Source of the DNA: a virus
Lineage: Duplodnaviria; Caudoviricetes
DNA length: 52,324 nt
Reading direction: 5' to 3' (one strand)
Virus record (IMG/VR): IMGVR_UViG_3300006802_000129
Span: 1 to 52,324 of that record
The notes beneath the pieces are model-generated. The model ran no database searches. It worked only from the letters and a program-made list of their open reading frames with translations, and had not been told where the DNA came from. The translations under genes and the position numbers were made by a program. Below are positions 44,354 to 52,324 of this stretch, piece by piece. Every line of letters starts with the position of its first letter. Position 1 is the stretch's first letter.

Positions 44354-47300
44354 TATAAGACCTTAGCGTTATTTGCAGCAGCTACTACTTGTGGATCAGG
44401 TTGGGGAAAATCTCCGCTATTCACGGCTTGCTCTAGGTACTCTAGGAACTCTCCGACTGTCAGATCCTTCCATGTTTTCTGGTTGATCTCAGCCGCACTA
44501 TTGATCCAAGGATTCGCATTGACTTCTCGTTGTTGGATCAGCGGAGTGTCCTTCTTGCTTACTACATTATAGTACTTGACATCTTTTACTAGTGTATCTG
44601 AATCGGCATCCAAAAGCTTCTTCCCACCTGCGCCAAAGTGATGGAGTACGTACATATTGAGTGCGTTAATTGAGTAGCCATTGCGTTCCAAGAGGCTAGA
44701 ATTTTTAGTAAATAGTTTAACTGCGGCGGCTACATAAGTGTCATCATCACTAGCGTCTGCGTCTTTGCCCATCAGTTGTTCTACTGTACCTGGCATCAAT
44801 TGTAGTATTCCGGTAGCCCCTGCCGCACTCTCCGCAGTTTCGTCCCCATCGCTTTCTAGCGCAATGATCTGTTCCATGATGCCTGTGAGGTTATCCCTCT
44901 CGGTAGCAGGGAAGCCTTCAATAATAGCATCTCGGAGACTCTTCTCTTCGGGTGGTGCTACAGGTAATCCCTCGTCCTGATATCTATTTGGTACGGTAGG
45001 GGGTGCTTTCCTAAATTCAGATGCTCTATCCTGTCTTGGGTCGTATCTCAGGTCATCTGCTGCGTCCATCCTTGCCTCAGTAGCATTGTCCCGATCTTGG
45101 GCCGCCTTTACTTTTTCAAGCTCACCCGGTCTGAAGCGTCCACCTTTGGTGTAGAATCCGTCTCCTAAAGTAGTCCGTGTTGTTCCTCTGTCTTGAATAG
45201 GTTCTTCTGGACGAGCCTCCCCTTCTTGGATCGGCTGAACCTTTGCCCTCTCCTTACCTATAAGCTCAGCTTTCCGCTTTTGGTATTCGTTCCATCGATC
45301 TGCCGCTTTTCTAGACCGATCTTCCTGACGGGCATCCATCGTCACATCTCGGTTAGCCTCGTCAATCAGACCTTGAGTAGTTCGTACCTGTCTCCCCGTA
45401 GTTCTAGTAGGCTTAGCTTCTAGAGGATCTGGGGCAGCAGGAGGAGGTGTGTTTTCTATGAGATTTCTTAGCGTTGCATTAGTAGGGGCCGCAGGTGTAC
45501 CTACCGACTCAGGGAGTGGCCCTGCTGCTTTAGCATCTCTCGCTCTTTGCCGTGCACCTTGTCGATCTGAAGTAGCTACAAAGTCATCTTGCTTTTGATA
45601 GTCTCCAACACTTTCAAAGTACTCTTCGCTTGTAGCTTTCTTGGGATTAACTGGGCCTTTGTAGTCTTCTCTCCCTAAGTATTCACTACGTTGAATAGCA
45701 CCTTGAACTGCCTCTTCTTCTGTCTCAAAAACAGGTAGTCGCTTGCCCGTATTGAAATCTCTTGGGTCTTTAAAATCTACCATAGCGGCAGCTTCCTCAT
45801 TCGTGAGGATCTGGCCTGTCTCATTAACTACTGTAGGAATATTGATGTAGAGAATATCGTCTGCGTTTTCCTCTTGCATAGGGATGGTGATCGTTAGTTC
45901 AGAGAACTCCCGACCATATTGATCTACCCAGACCTTCTGACCTTCTTTGGTCTCCCCGACCTGTGCTACTGCTTGAACTTCTCCGGCTGGAGATCCATCT
46001 TGCTCTGCGTCTGCTAGACTTTGAGCCGTAGCTCCCGAACTAGCAGCCACAGCTTCCAGATCTCCTGCTCTGCGTTGACTAGCTTCTCGTCTCAGAGCCT
46101 CACGCATGTTTGGATCTAGTTGATTTAACTCTGGAGTCGATAGCTCTTGAATCTGTGAGAGACTCGGTGCGCCTGTAGTTTCTTGGCCTACTGGTCTAGC
46201 TACTTGGTTGAACTGTTGAGGCGTTACCGCATTAGTAGTTTCATCAGGCTTAGGCTGTCTTTTAGCTTCAGCAACTTCGGGCGCATCTTGTTTAGTTTCC
46301 CTAGTAGCCTGATCGCTAGCAAACTGATCGTAGAAACCTTTTAGACTGCCAGTTCTCTTAATATAGTCTTGTTTATCTTGGAAGGTGTACCCCTGCATTC
46401 TTTCCTGAGCTTTTCGAGCAGCTTCTTCGGGGGTCTCCCCACCAATACGATTCCCGAAAACATCAGTTTTGCTAAAGGATTGATACGGAGTTTCGAGGTA
46501 TTGTTCTAATTCTTTTTGTTGATCTAGGCTCAGGCTTTTTCTTGCAGATTCATTTATAAGTGGCTTACCTGTCGGACTAGTTTCTTCTGAGCTAGTACTA
46601 CTATTTGGGGTAGCAGGGGTAATCGTATCCGTTTGCTGAGCTACCTCACCTTGTGGTGTGCTAGGTTCTTTCTTACTAGTAGCACTACTTTGATCTTGTG
46701 CGACTCCACCTGTCTGAGAGAAAAGTACTCCGGCCTGTTCTTGAGATAGGAATAGCTGATAGGCTTGTTGAACCTTCGGGTTGGTACTCGTACTAAAGTA
46801 GTCCTGTGCATCTCCCCCTGCATATCTACGTAACACATCGTAGTACATCTCAGGCCGATTCCCTGAGCTTAGTCCGTATTTTCTATCGTAGATCTGAGTA
46901 AAGACATCAGCGTTCATTTCTTTATCTATAAAACCCTCATACCCCTTCATCCTCATTTCAGTAGGGTTGTTGAGGATATCATCCCATGTCCGCATTACGC
47001 TATTGTATCGACTGTCGATCTCTTTAATACGTGCGTCTCGGTTCTCCTTTTTTAGTTCTGCAATCGCTTTCCTCTGCTCTTCTAATGTAGCATTGCGTAA
47101 TTCTCGACCTTTAGCCCAACCCTGATTGATTAACCAAGTCGGCTGCTCGGCTATAGATCGCAGGTGAGGGTTGTCAATCCCTTGCTCTTCTAGGTACGCC
47201 ATCCTTTCTTTTGCAGTTTTCCTGAGCGTCAGTTCCCGTATGTGATCTAGCCCGACATTGCCCATTGTCTCGCCTACCATTGCTACATCGTTCAGAATGT

Positions 47301-47982
47301 CTACCTTGGCAGTCTGTCCAATAGGCGCAATTGTCTCGTTAAAAGTAATGTACTGCTCGTTCTGGAGATTAACGATGTCATCTTCAGAGATATACCACGG
47401 CAGGTTATCCGCATTGTACCCTGCGTCTATCATAGCCTGAGAGAACTTGCTACCCTCTTGCGGACTCATGTACTTTTGAGTAGCAGCTACATCCCCACCT
47501 TCTTGGAAATGTTTATACGTATTAGTCTTAGTGGCGTTACCTGCTTTACGTAGCCAAGGCTCACGGATCTGGTTCTCGTAGGTAGACCAGACTTGTAGCC
47601 CACTTTGTAATGCCGTAGCTCCACGTTGCAGGTCGGATGCTGGTTGGTAGTACGGGTTGCTTGCGTCTGGTTGCGTCCCACCGATGTTCGGTGCTAGCGC
47701 CATTGTGCCACTAGCTAGTGCGCTACCAAGGCCAGCACCTGCTGCTGCACCTGTTGGCCCACCTATAAATGCCCCTGCTATAGACCCCCCAATCGTACCG
47801 AGTGCTTGCAGGTTTGCACCGAAGGCACTGTGCTTGTTGGCTTGCTCCTGCTGTCTGCGCTGACGCTCCAGTTCTCGCTTGCGCTCTTCTTCTGCTTCCT
47901 TTTGTAAACGCAGTTGTTGCTGATACTGCATGGCTGAGTATAGTTGACCCAACCCATCTCGATTTTTAGCACCGTAATACAT
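44353..47982 (-). CDS. Internal virion protein with C-terminal lytic transglycosylase (SLT) domain
   Basis: IIALESDG...A.S..GATGILQLMPGT and YVLHHFGAGG; Gly-zipper N-terminus. Confidence 0.8.
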   Translation of the reverse strand: MYYGAKNRDGLGQLYSAMQYQQQLRLQKEAEEERKRELERQRRQQEQANKHSAFGANLQALGTIGGSIAGAFIGGPTGAAAGAGLGSALASGTMALAPNIGGTQPDASNPYYQPASDLQRGATALQSGLQVWSTYENQIREPWLRKAGNATKTNTYKHFQEGGDVAATQKYMSPQEGSKFSQAMIDAGYNADNLPWYISEDDIVNLQNEQYITFNETIAPIGQTAKVDILNDVAMVGETMGNVGLDHIRELTLRKTAKERMAYLEEQGIDNPHLRSIAEQPTWLINQGWAKGRELRNATLEEQRKAIAELKKENRDARIKEIDSRYNSVMRTWDDILNNPTEMRMKGYEGFIDKEMNADVFTQIYDRKYGLSSGNRPEMYYDVLRRYAGGDAQDYFSTSTNPKVQQAYQLFLSQEQAGVLFSQTGGVAQDQSSATSKKEPSTPQGEVAQQTDTITPATPNSSTSSEETSPTGKPLINESARKSLSLDQQKELEQYLETPYQSFSKTDVFGNRIGGETPEEAARKAQERMQGYTFQDKQDYIKRTGSLKGFYDQFASDQATRETKQDAPEVAEAKRQPKPDETTNAVTPQQFNQVARPVGQETTGAPSLSQIQELSTPELNQLDPNMREALRREASQRRAGDLEAVAASSGATAQSLADAEQDGSPAGEVQAVAQVGETKEGQKVWVDQYGREFSELTITIPMQEENADDILYINIPTVVNETGQILTNEEAAAMVDFKDPRDFNTGKRLPVFETEEEAVQGAIQRSEYLGREDYKGPVNPKKATSEEYFESVGDYQKQDDFVATSDRQGARQRARDAKAAGPLPESVGTPAAPTNATLRNLIENTPPPAAPDPLEAKPTRTTGRQVRTTQGLIDEANRDVTMDARQEDRSRKAADRWNEYQKRKAELIGKERAKVQPIQEGEARPEEPIQDRGTTRTTLGDGFYTKGGRFRPGELEKVKAAQDRDNATEARMDAADDLRYDPRQDRASEFRKAPPTVPNRYQDEGLPVAPPEEKSLRDAIIEGFPATERDNLTGIMEQIIALESDGDETAESAAGATGILQLMPGTVEQLMGKDADASDDDTYVAAAVKLFTKNSSLLERNGYSINALNMYVLHHFGAGGKKLLDADSDTLVKDVKYYNVVSKKDTPLIQQREVNANPWINSAAEINQKTWKDLTVGEFLEYLEQAVNSGDFPQPDPQVVAAANNAKVL

Positions 47983-47983
47983 A

Positions 47984-50470
47984 TTAAGTTCCTATGCCTA
48001 ACATTTGTTTTTGTTCTGGGGTTAGGAAATTTAAAGCTTCGGGGTCATCTGCAAATTGAGTTTGTAGAGCAGTTCCGAAAAGTTTCATATCTACATTGTT
48101 ATCAATTAAACCTTGTAGCCAACCCATGCCCCTCCAGTACTCATCGGTAGCATTCTGGGCTGCGTTTCCTGCAGTGGTTGCGGCGGTTGTAGCGGTGTTC
48201 TGGGTATTTTGATTAAGTCCAGTGCGTAGGTCTAGCTCCTTAAAGAATGTTTCTTTATTGGTATCAATAATGCTTTGTTTCTGACCTGCTACTGTATTTA
48301 ACCCTTGTATGCCAATGTTCGCCTGATTCTGTTTGCCTTGGTAAATCGTGCTAATCATGTCCTTATCTACTTCTAGCCCACTAATCTTCACATCATAAAG
48401 CCCACCCAAAGCATTCATGCTATTGCCGATTCCGGTCTGAGCATTCGAGAGAGTGCTACTGCGATTCTGTAGCATATTGTTCCCTAACGAATAACTATCT
48501 AGAATAGCCTGTCTGCGAGAAGAAACCAGATCATCCGACCGTTTTTTCTGCAAGTCCATCATTGCTGCAGTATAGGCTGGGCTTGAAGGATCTAGCCCTG
48601 CATTTGCATACATCGAATTTAAAGATTCCTGCGCTCCTCTGGAAGCCCTATTGACCTCATCTCTTGATTGCTCATAGTATAGATTTGAAAGTTTATTATA
48701 GTAGTCCGTACTGCCAGCGTCCTTGGCTACATCCATAAGAGCGTCAGTAATCCCCTGCTGTTTTTGCAGTAAGGGTTCTAGCCTACCTTCATACTCGTCA
48801 AAAGTCTGTTCGTACTGACCACGCAGACCCGTCATCTGCTTAGTGTACTCCTCGGCTGCTCCTTCTAGGTCAGATTGATAGTCGATAAAGCCGAGGGATC
48901 TCTCAATCGGTACACCGTTCTCGTCTTGGAGTTGCCCTCCTACATCTGTGTAGACTGTACCATCAGGACTAATATACTCTTTGGTATCTTTATTATAACT
49001 AAATCCATATTCCTGTGCGTTCTCTGGAGTTACCTGAGCACCATATAGAAACTCATTGATAAGAGTTTCGGTCTGTCCGGCAAAGTCGTTCTCGTCAAGG
49101 TTGATCAGACCTTGAGTTGTTGCTGCTTGAGTAGGATCTGCTTGATCTACTAGGTTCCCGTCATCCCCTATTATGTAAGTAGTACCTGGGCTACTAGGAT
49201 CAGTAAAAGAGCCATCAGGATTCTTTATCCAGCCCAAGGCGTTTGCCGCTTCGGGACTAACATTTCCTCCTAAGTACGCATTCTCAATTCCTGCTGCCGT
49301 ATCTATTGCCTGACCTGTTGTCTGAACGGCTTTATCGACTACATCCTTAGCCTTTTCAGCAGAGTCTTCAGCTTTATCAATCTTAGCTCCCATCCCACCC
49401 TCATTAAAGGGTGTACCGTCTGGGTACTGATACTGTCCGTTTACATAATCTAATTGGTTGCCTTCTGGATCAGTGTAGTCGTACCATTCTTCTTCTGGTG
49501 TATCGCTTGTTAATCCTCCTAGCCACGCATCTAAATTAGCTTGATCAATATTGTCGCTATAGACATCAGAAGTATCTGCATCAACAATGCTATAGTTTTC
49601 TGGATTATTTGGATCTCGAATTATTGTAAGATTTTGCCCATCATATTCATTACCTTGAACATTGTTTAAAGTAACCTCGTCTTTCAGAGTTTTAGTAACA
49701 TCCGTTCTCGGTGTTCCTACTATAGCCTCATCAAGAGTATCCTTGACTACATCGATAGTTGGTTTTGGTGGCTGAGTGCCTAAAGAGAAACTTTTCGAGT
49801 CCCCTGTACCACCGGCTGCCGTGTTGGTTTCTGAAGTGCCGCCACCCCACTCCGTTAAACCTGCAGATTCCATTTTTTCACGGAACCAAGTATTTTCTGA
49901 CAGTAATGGTTGTCGGTCTATTTCTGCAATAAAAGCATCAAAGTCTTCAAGCGCATTGAGATTTTCTTTAGCAAGAATGCTAGAAATTTGTTCAACGGTT
50001 CCTCCACCGTCAATTAACTTTTGTACAATAGTTCTGTGCTTGTTAAACGCATCAATTTGAGTGTTAAAATTATCGAAATCTCTGCTTCTTGTGACCCAAC
50101 TTTTAGCGCCATTGGCTTTAATAAACGAAAGCGATGCTGCTATATCAAACAATTCTTCTTGTGATGCGGTTTCAATGTCTGGATAAGTATAGGAATATCC
50201 GTTATACTTAAAAGTACTACCATCAAAAGCATCTGAATGTTTTGAAAAATTAGCTTTAAGAAATGAACGGAGTTCAGCTTCTGACCAATCGTTCATACCT
50301 TTTTCGGTTGCTTTTCTTCGTGCGTCACTTAATTTATTATAGCTATCAGTGTCTACTGCATTTTGGGCATCAGCTAGACGCATTGCCCAGTACTTAGGGA
50401 TACTGTTCTTACCCTTTACGAACTTGGATTCGTAGCTAGTTTGTGAATAATAATCTTCTACTGTTGCCAT
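47984..50470 (-). CDS. Internal virion / ejection protein
   Basis: 828 aa; acidic middle region, Q/N/A-rich helical C-terminus with AGLDPSSPAY; position before the SLT protein. Confidence 0.65.
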   Translation of the reverse strand: MATVEDYYSQTSYESKFVKGKNSIPKYWAMRLADAQNAVDTDSYNKLSDARRKATEKGMNDWSEAELRSFLKANFSKHSDAFDGSTFKYNGYSYTYPDIETASQEELFDIAASLSFIKANGAKSWVTRSRDFDNFNTQIDAFNKHRTIVQKLIDGGGTVEQISSILAKENLNALEDFDAFIAEIDRQPLLSENTWFREKMESAGLTEWGGGTSETNTAAGGTGDSKSFSLGTQPPKPTIDVVKDTLDEAIVGTPRTDVTKTLKDEVTLNNVQGNEYDGQNLTIIRDPNNPENYSIVDADTSDVYSDNIDQANLDAWLGGLTSDTPEEEWYDYTDPEGNQLDYVNGQYQYPDGTPFNEGGMGAKIDKAEDSAEKAKDVVDKAVQTTGQAIDTAAGIENAYLGGNVSPEAANALGWIKNPDGSFTDPSSPGTTYIIGDDGNLVDQADPTQAATTQGLINLDENDFAGQTETLINEFLYGAQVTPENAQEYGFSYNKDTKEYISPDGTVYTDVGGQLQDENGVPIERSLGFIDYQSDLEGAAEEYTKQMTGLRGQYEQTFDEYEGRLEPLLQKQQGITDALMDVAKDAGSTDYYNKLSNLYYEQSRDEVNRASRGAQESLNSMYANAGLDPSSPAYTAAMMDLQKKRSDDLVSSRRQAILDSYSLGNNMLQNRSSTLSNAQTGIGNSMNALGGLYDVKISGLEVDKDMISTIYQGKQNQANIGIQGLNTVAGQKQSIIDTNKETFFKELDLRTGLNQNTQNTATTAATTAGNAAQNATDEYWRGMGWLQGLIDNNVDMKLFGTALQTQFADDPEALNFLTPEQKQMLGIGT

Positions 50471-50471
50471 G

Positions 50472-51308
50472 TTAGTTTTCTTCCTGCTGGGGTAGCATGG
50501 TTCTCTGTTCTAAATCCGCTAAAGTGACATCTGTTTCTACGATATAAATTTTACCACCGTCTTCGGGATTCGTATGAGTGTACTGTAGCACATGGCCTAT
50601 TGTACCTGATTGAAAATAGGCTTTCTCTGTCACAGTATTCGTACTGTTAAAATTGTAGTTTCCAATGCTTATACCATCTAAGTACCATTCAATATCTACA
50701 TCACCCTTGTAGGTAATCTGAAACTCTGCATGTGTGCGAATCCCTCTATAAAATCGTGGTGGTAGCGCCACAGGTCTGGCCCAGAGGATTTCTACATCTA
50801 GTGGAGTAGAGTACGGGTTTCCGTTAGTATCTGTCGGTAATGTATGCTCATGATGAATGTGTGGAATGTATCCATACGCTAACGGATTAAAATAGCATCG
50901 AATCGTGTCTGTCGGTTGCGAGGTTTGAATTTCGTAGGTCTGAGTTTGCTGAGTACCATCTAGATAAATCTTTGGCGCAAACTTGGAAAACACATCTGTA
51001 TCTATCGTGCGAAATCCGATGTCGTAAAAGTGAAACAGTTGCTGCTGGCTAAAGTTTTCAATTGGAAATGCTTCAAATTGATGATTTTGTAGTAGGGTAG
51101 CAGAGGAATTGAGGTCACCAATGTATCCTGAGTAGGGGAGCAGTGCGTCATTAGCATCTCGTACCGGAAGGGTTACTCGTCTACCCCGAAATGTGGAATG
51201 ATACGGTAGTTTTAGATCCGATAGAACGGCAACCCCGTCCAGACTAACCGTAATCTGTGGATCTCCTGCGTACTCCACCCGTACTGCTTGAAAAATATTA
51301 CGATTCAT
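50472..51308 (-). CDS. Tail structural protein
   Basis: Beta-rich with repeated Y.G.....LDG motifs; late operon. Confidence 0.55.
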   Translation of the reverse strand: MNRNIFQAVRVEYAGDPQITVSLDGVAVLSDLKLPYHSTFRGRRVTLPVRDANDALLPYSGYIGDLNSSATLLQNHQFEAFPIENFSQQQLFHFYDIGFRTIDTDVFSKFAPKIYLDGTQQTQTYEIQTSQPTDTIRCYFNPLAYGYIPHIHHEHTLPTDTNGNPYSTPLDVEILWARPVALPPRFYRGIRTHAEFQITYKGDVDIEWYLDGISIGNYNFNSTNTVTEKAYFQSGTIGHVLQYTHTNPEDGGKIYIVETDVTLADLEQRTMLPQQEEN

Positions 51309-51496
51309 TGAAACTCGCTAGAAACCGTAGATTGCAGATTCGCTAAATCCGTTGCGTTTACAATTAGATCTACTAGCTTTTCTACCTGTGCCTGTAAATC
51401 TCTAGTATTGTTATAGATCTGTTGAAAACTGTCCCGAATCTTAGGGTCTTCAATCAAATAGTACTGGTCAAAGTCTGCGTGTCTTTGCTGTGCCAT
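51305..51496 (-). CDS. Small coiled-coil virion protein
   Basis: 63 aa, coupled to both neighbours. Confidence 0.6.
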   Translation of the reverse strand: MAQQRHADFDQYYLIEDPKIRDSFQQIYNNTRDLQAQVEKLVDLIVNATDLANLQSTVSSEFQ

Positions 51497-52324
51497 CTAG
51501 CTACTCAAAATCTCATAGTCGGTGTCAATCCAGTCGATGTCTCCGTTTTCCCAATCGGTAATTTCTACTGACCAAACATCTGCTACCGATAGCCCATACG
51601 GATTGTTAGTTCGTGAAGCAGGAAGGTAGATTCTTGCAGGTTCGTCTGTCCCAAAGGTCGAGTCGATAGAGACTAGTTTGGGCGAGGACGAAAGTACTAG
51701 GTTATTCCTAACGGAGTAGTATTGCTCGTAGAAGTTAAAAGTAGAATTTGTCACTACTGTCTGCTGAACTGTATTCCCAAAAGTAACATTCCAAGCAGGG
51801 GCGTTCGCATCAGGTTTAGCGCCAGCATCAATTGACCAAGTGTTTCCTTCTGACATAGTGCCTGACTCGTTAGCACCAGTATTTGGGACATAGTATCCTT
51901 GTACAGTATTGACTAAGACTCCACCATAATAAAATCGGTATGCTGTGCCTGTCCCGTCTACTGTCTTTTTCAAATAGGTCTGCCCTGCAAGGTCGTACTC
52001 GTAGAGGTAATCTTGGTATGCAGGTTTACCATCTAAGTAGACTTGCACTTTCCCATTGCCTGATCCGTTAATCGTCACACTTTTGACTAGCTTTAGCGAT
52101 CCAAACGCACCACCATCGAATTCCCGTGTTTTATAGCTAAACTTATTACGAGTAGTTCCTGCTTCAATGACTCCTCTTCGTGAATAAAGTTTATTTTCAG
52201 ATGGGCGATACACTAGTACGGGAGACAAAGTGTTTCCGCCTGAGTTGGTCAATGCGCTTGTGTGATCTTCTACTAGATCCACTTCGGAAATTGGAAAGCC
52301 TTCCATGCTGAAATCAACTACAAA
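51497..52324 (-). CDS. Tail tubular B / stabilization-like protein, 3' part (starts beyond the window)
   Basis: Frame open to the window end (FVVDFSMEG...); YKTREFDGG....LK.VKSV motif typical of nozzle C-termini. Confidence 0.55.
   Translation of the reverse strand, partial: FVVDFSMEGFPISEVDLVEDHTSALTNSGGNTLSPVLVYRPSENKLYSRRGVIEAGTTRNKFSYKTREFDGGAFGSLKLVKSVTINGSGNGKVQVYLDGKPAYQDYLYEYDLAGQTYLKKTVDGTGTAYRFYYGGVLVNTVQGYYVPNTGANESGTMSEGNTWSIDAGAKPDANAPAWNVTFGNTVQQTVVTNSTFNFYEQYYSVRNNLVLSSSPKLVSIDSTFGTDEPARIYLPASRTNNPYGLSVADVWSVEITDWENGDIDWIDTDYEILSS

Noticed and set aside
347-50060. Many short antisense or alternate-frame ORFs in the track (e.g. 646..858, 1081..1308, 18398..18859, 40092..40469, 41616..42029)
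   Set aside because: They shadow well-supported genes, mirror their low-complexity codons and lack RBSs.
1-52324. Amber (TAG) stop-codon reassignment suggested by abundant TAG/CTAG
   Set aside because: Core genes are full length in the standard code, several end at TAG right before the next gene, and the two polA parts are in different frames, so readthrough would not join them.

Overview
About 52 kb of a tailed dsDNA phage genome, probably most of a circularly permuted podovirus-like genome that may be temperate. Minus-strand morphogenesis genes fill both ends. 1-9928 holds the large terminase, portal, scaffold, N4-gp56-type major capsid, adaptor and a collagen-like fibre. 34580-52324 holds three very large internal/ejection proteins and tail proteins. 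The plus-strand arm (10248-34389) carries small early genes, a MoxR/CobS-type AAA+ ATPase with a vWA-like partner, a DenV-like glycosylase, dCTP deaminase, RusA, ThyX, SNF2 helicase, Cas4-like DUF2800 nuclease, DUF2815 SSB, a family A DNA polymerase split into two genes and a Prim-Pol/D5 primase-helicase. An inverted integrase + repressor pair sits in the middle, and a tRNA-Arg(TCT) 3' fragment (likely attP) lies 11 kb away. The most unusual signals are non-coding or translational: (i) four or five intergenic multi-hairpin RNA candidates closed by long-range stems; (ii) a recurring CTCTCACTA/TAGTGAGAG motif shared by two of those stems, the early-gene hairpins and gene leaders; (iii) an in-phase G GGA AAG -1 frameshift site that would join a MazG-like protein to an excisionase-type HTH with no start codon of its own; (iv) an iteron-like GTGACA cluster; (v) strong CTAG enrichment. 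All protein calls come from motif recognition by eye; no database search was run.
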